Source: Methanobacteriota archaeon (GTDB lineage Archaea; Methanobacteriota; Methanobacteria; Methanobacteriales; Methanobacteriaceae). Taken from it: 32,000 bases of DNA. Positions 30,971 to 32,000 of this stretch are shown piece after piece. The stretch's first letter is position 1; each line of letters starts with the position of its first letter. Made by a program: the position numbers and the translations under genes. The notes under the pieces were generated by a model. The model searched no databases, had not been told where the DNA came from, and saw only the letters and a list, made by a program, of their open reading frames with translations. The DNA is taken from positions 238,741 to 270,740 of the forward strand of contig JAKQFA010000006.1 in the NCBI GenBank assembly GCA_029556335.1, read 5' to 3'.

Positions 30971-31396
30971 ATGGAATTCGCATTCAAAGCACATGGACAT
31001 CCCAACGTTACCTCCCAGCACCGCTCCACATTGGAGGTAACCCGAGATCAGGATATAGGAAAAACAGCCGATTGTATCATTGGTGTTTCGGCTGACTCGG
31101 TAATGGAAGACATCCCCTCTCAGATGAAAATGGCCTTAAAAAAAGAAAATACTATTATAAAATTAATTTTAAAGACAGAAAATGCTCAGGATGAAATATC
31201 AGGACATGGTCATCCCCATCTAACCCTGGATCATCCCACGGACATGGTATGTCGCACCAGTAACTACACCTGCAGCCGCACCCTTATGATCAGGGCAAAC
31301 AAGGCGGCATGTGACCTGGACCCCATTTTAATAGAAGATTTAAAGGATGGCAAAGTACTGGAAGTGAAGATCATAATTGATGAAAGCCATGAATAG
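30971..31396 (+). CDS. DUF371 domain-containing protein (conserved archaeal, function unknown)
   Basis: FKAHGHPNVTSQHRSTLEVTRD and GHGHPHLTLDHPTDMVCR match the DUF371 pattern. An AAGGAG SD lies 9 nt upstream. Confidence 0.7.
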   Translation: MEFAFKAHGHPNVTSQHRSTLEVTRDQDIGKTADCIIGVSADSVMEDIPSQMKMALKKENTIIKLILKTENAQDEISGHGHPHLTLDHPTDMVCRTSNYTCSRTLMIRANKAACDLDPILIEDLKDGKVLEVKIIIDESHE

Positions 31397-31437
31397 CCTT
31401 AGATTAGAATAAATAAATTTATAAAAACAGGTTAAAA

Positions 31438-31524
<87 letters not shown>

Positions 31525-31661
31525 ATTTAATATTAATTGATTCCGAGAATTAATAGAGCATACCCTACTTTTTTTCTTTCCCTATTTAAATGTTGCCCCA
31601 CTTTAATCACCCAAACTTAATACTTAAGGGCCACTCAAATATTTATCATAGGGGTGAAGAT

Positions 31662-31967
31662 ATGGAGGCGGTGAAGATTATGGGGGATGATTTATTGGTT
31701 GATATCGAAGTTACACCCCGTTCCCACCATTTCGGCCTGGCCGGTTACAATGCCTGGAGGAAAACCCTGGAAGTGAAAATAAAATCCCCTCCAATTAAGG
31801 GAAAGGCCAATAAAGAGATAATCAAAGAGTTCTCCCAGTTAACTGGCTGCCCAGTTGAATTGGAATCAGGACTTAAGAGTCAGCAAAAGACCATAAGAAT
31901 TAGGGGAATGTCCAAAAAAGATTTTCTTAAAATCGTGGACTCTCATTGTGAAGCTAAATCCGGTTAA
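31662..31967 (+). CDS. DUF167 (YggU/UPF0235) family protein
   Basis: VDIEVTPRSHHFGLAGYNAWRKTLEVKIKSPPIKGKANKEIIKEFS matches the YggU pattern. ATG 31662 follows a GGGGTGA SD, so the upstream extension in the track is unlikely to be translated. Confidence 0.75.
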   Translation: MEAVKIMGDDLLVDIEVTPRSHHFGLAGYNAWRKTLEVKIKSPPIKGKANKEIIKEFSQLTGCPVELESGLKSQQKTIRIRGMSKKDFLKIVDSHCEAKSG

Positions 31968-32000
31968 ATAACCAGATATTCAACTTCCCACTAATTATCC

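Overview
This window reads as ordinary core chromosome from an AT-rich methanogenic archaeon, most consistent with Methanobacteriaceae (Methanobacterium-like). The lineage call rests on gene content: a NifH-like CfbC for coenzyme F430, a Mur-ligase paralog of the kind used for pseudomurein, archaeal riboflavin/F420 enzymes ArfB and ArfC, pantoate kinase, SRP19, the Sm-L37e pair, and GGTGA-type Shine-Dalgarno sites. About 35 tightly packed genes are present. They cover purine synthesis (purQ, purS, purC, purF), tetrapyrrole synthesis (hemD, cobA, cfbC), glmS, a MacB/FtsX-type ABC exporter with an adjacent wHTH regulator, and a RecJ-like DHH nuclease. Also present are an ASH-Ski2-type helicase, a multi-PAS histidine kinase, a U32 family protein, several conserved archaeal DUFs, and one tRNA-Leu(GAG). 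I found no transposase, integrase, CRISPR array, toxin-antitoxin pair or recognisable defence island, and I cannot honestly point to a clear new multi-gene system. The observations most worth a second look are as follows. (1) A PepSY membrane protein is split by a single in-frame TAG. (2) A PHP phosphoesterase encodes its conserved HxH motif upstream of any canonical start codon. (3) An uncharacterised Toprim plus coiled-coil protein abuts the Sm-L37e operon with a TAGATG junction. (4) An XRE-cupin regulator, hotdog thioesterase and acyl-CoA ligase form a cassette that is unexpected in a hydrogenotrophic methanogen. (5) The Mur ligase and the helicase both carry Cys-cluster insertions. (6) A gene-free 390-nt gap between convergent genes contains palindromes and a perfect 15-bp tandem duplication. 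All functional calls rest on motif recognition in the supplied translations. No database search was possible.
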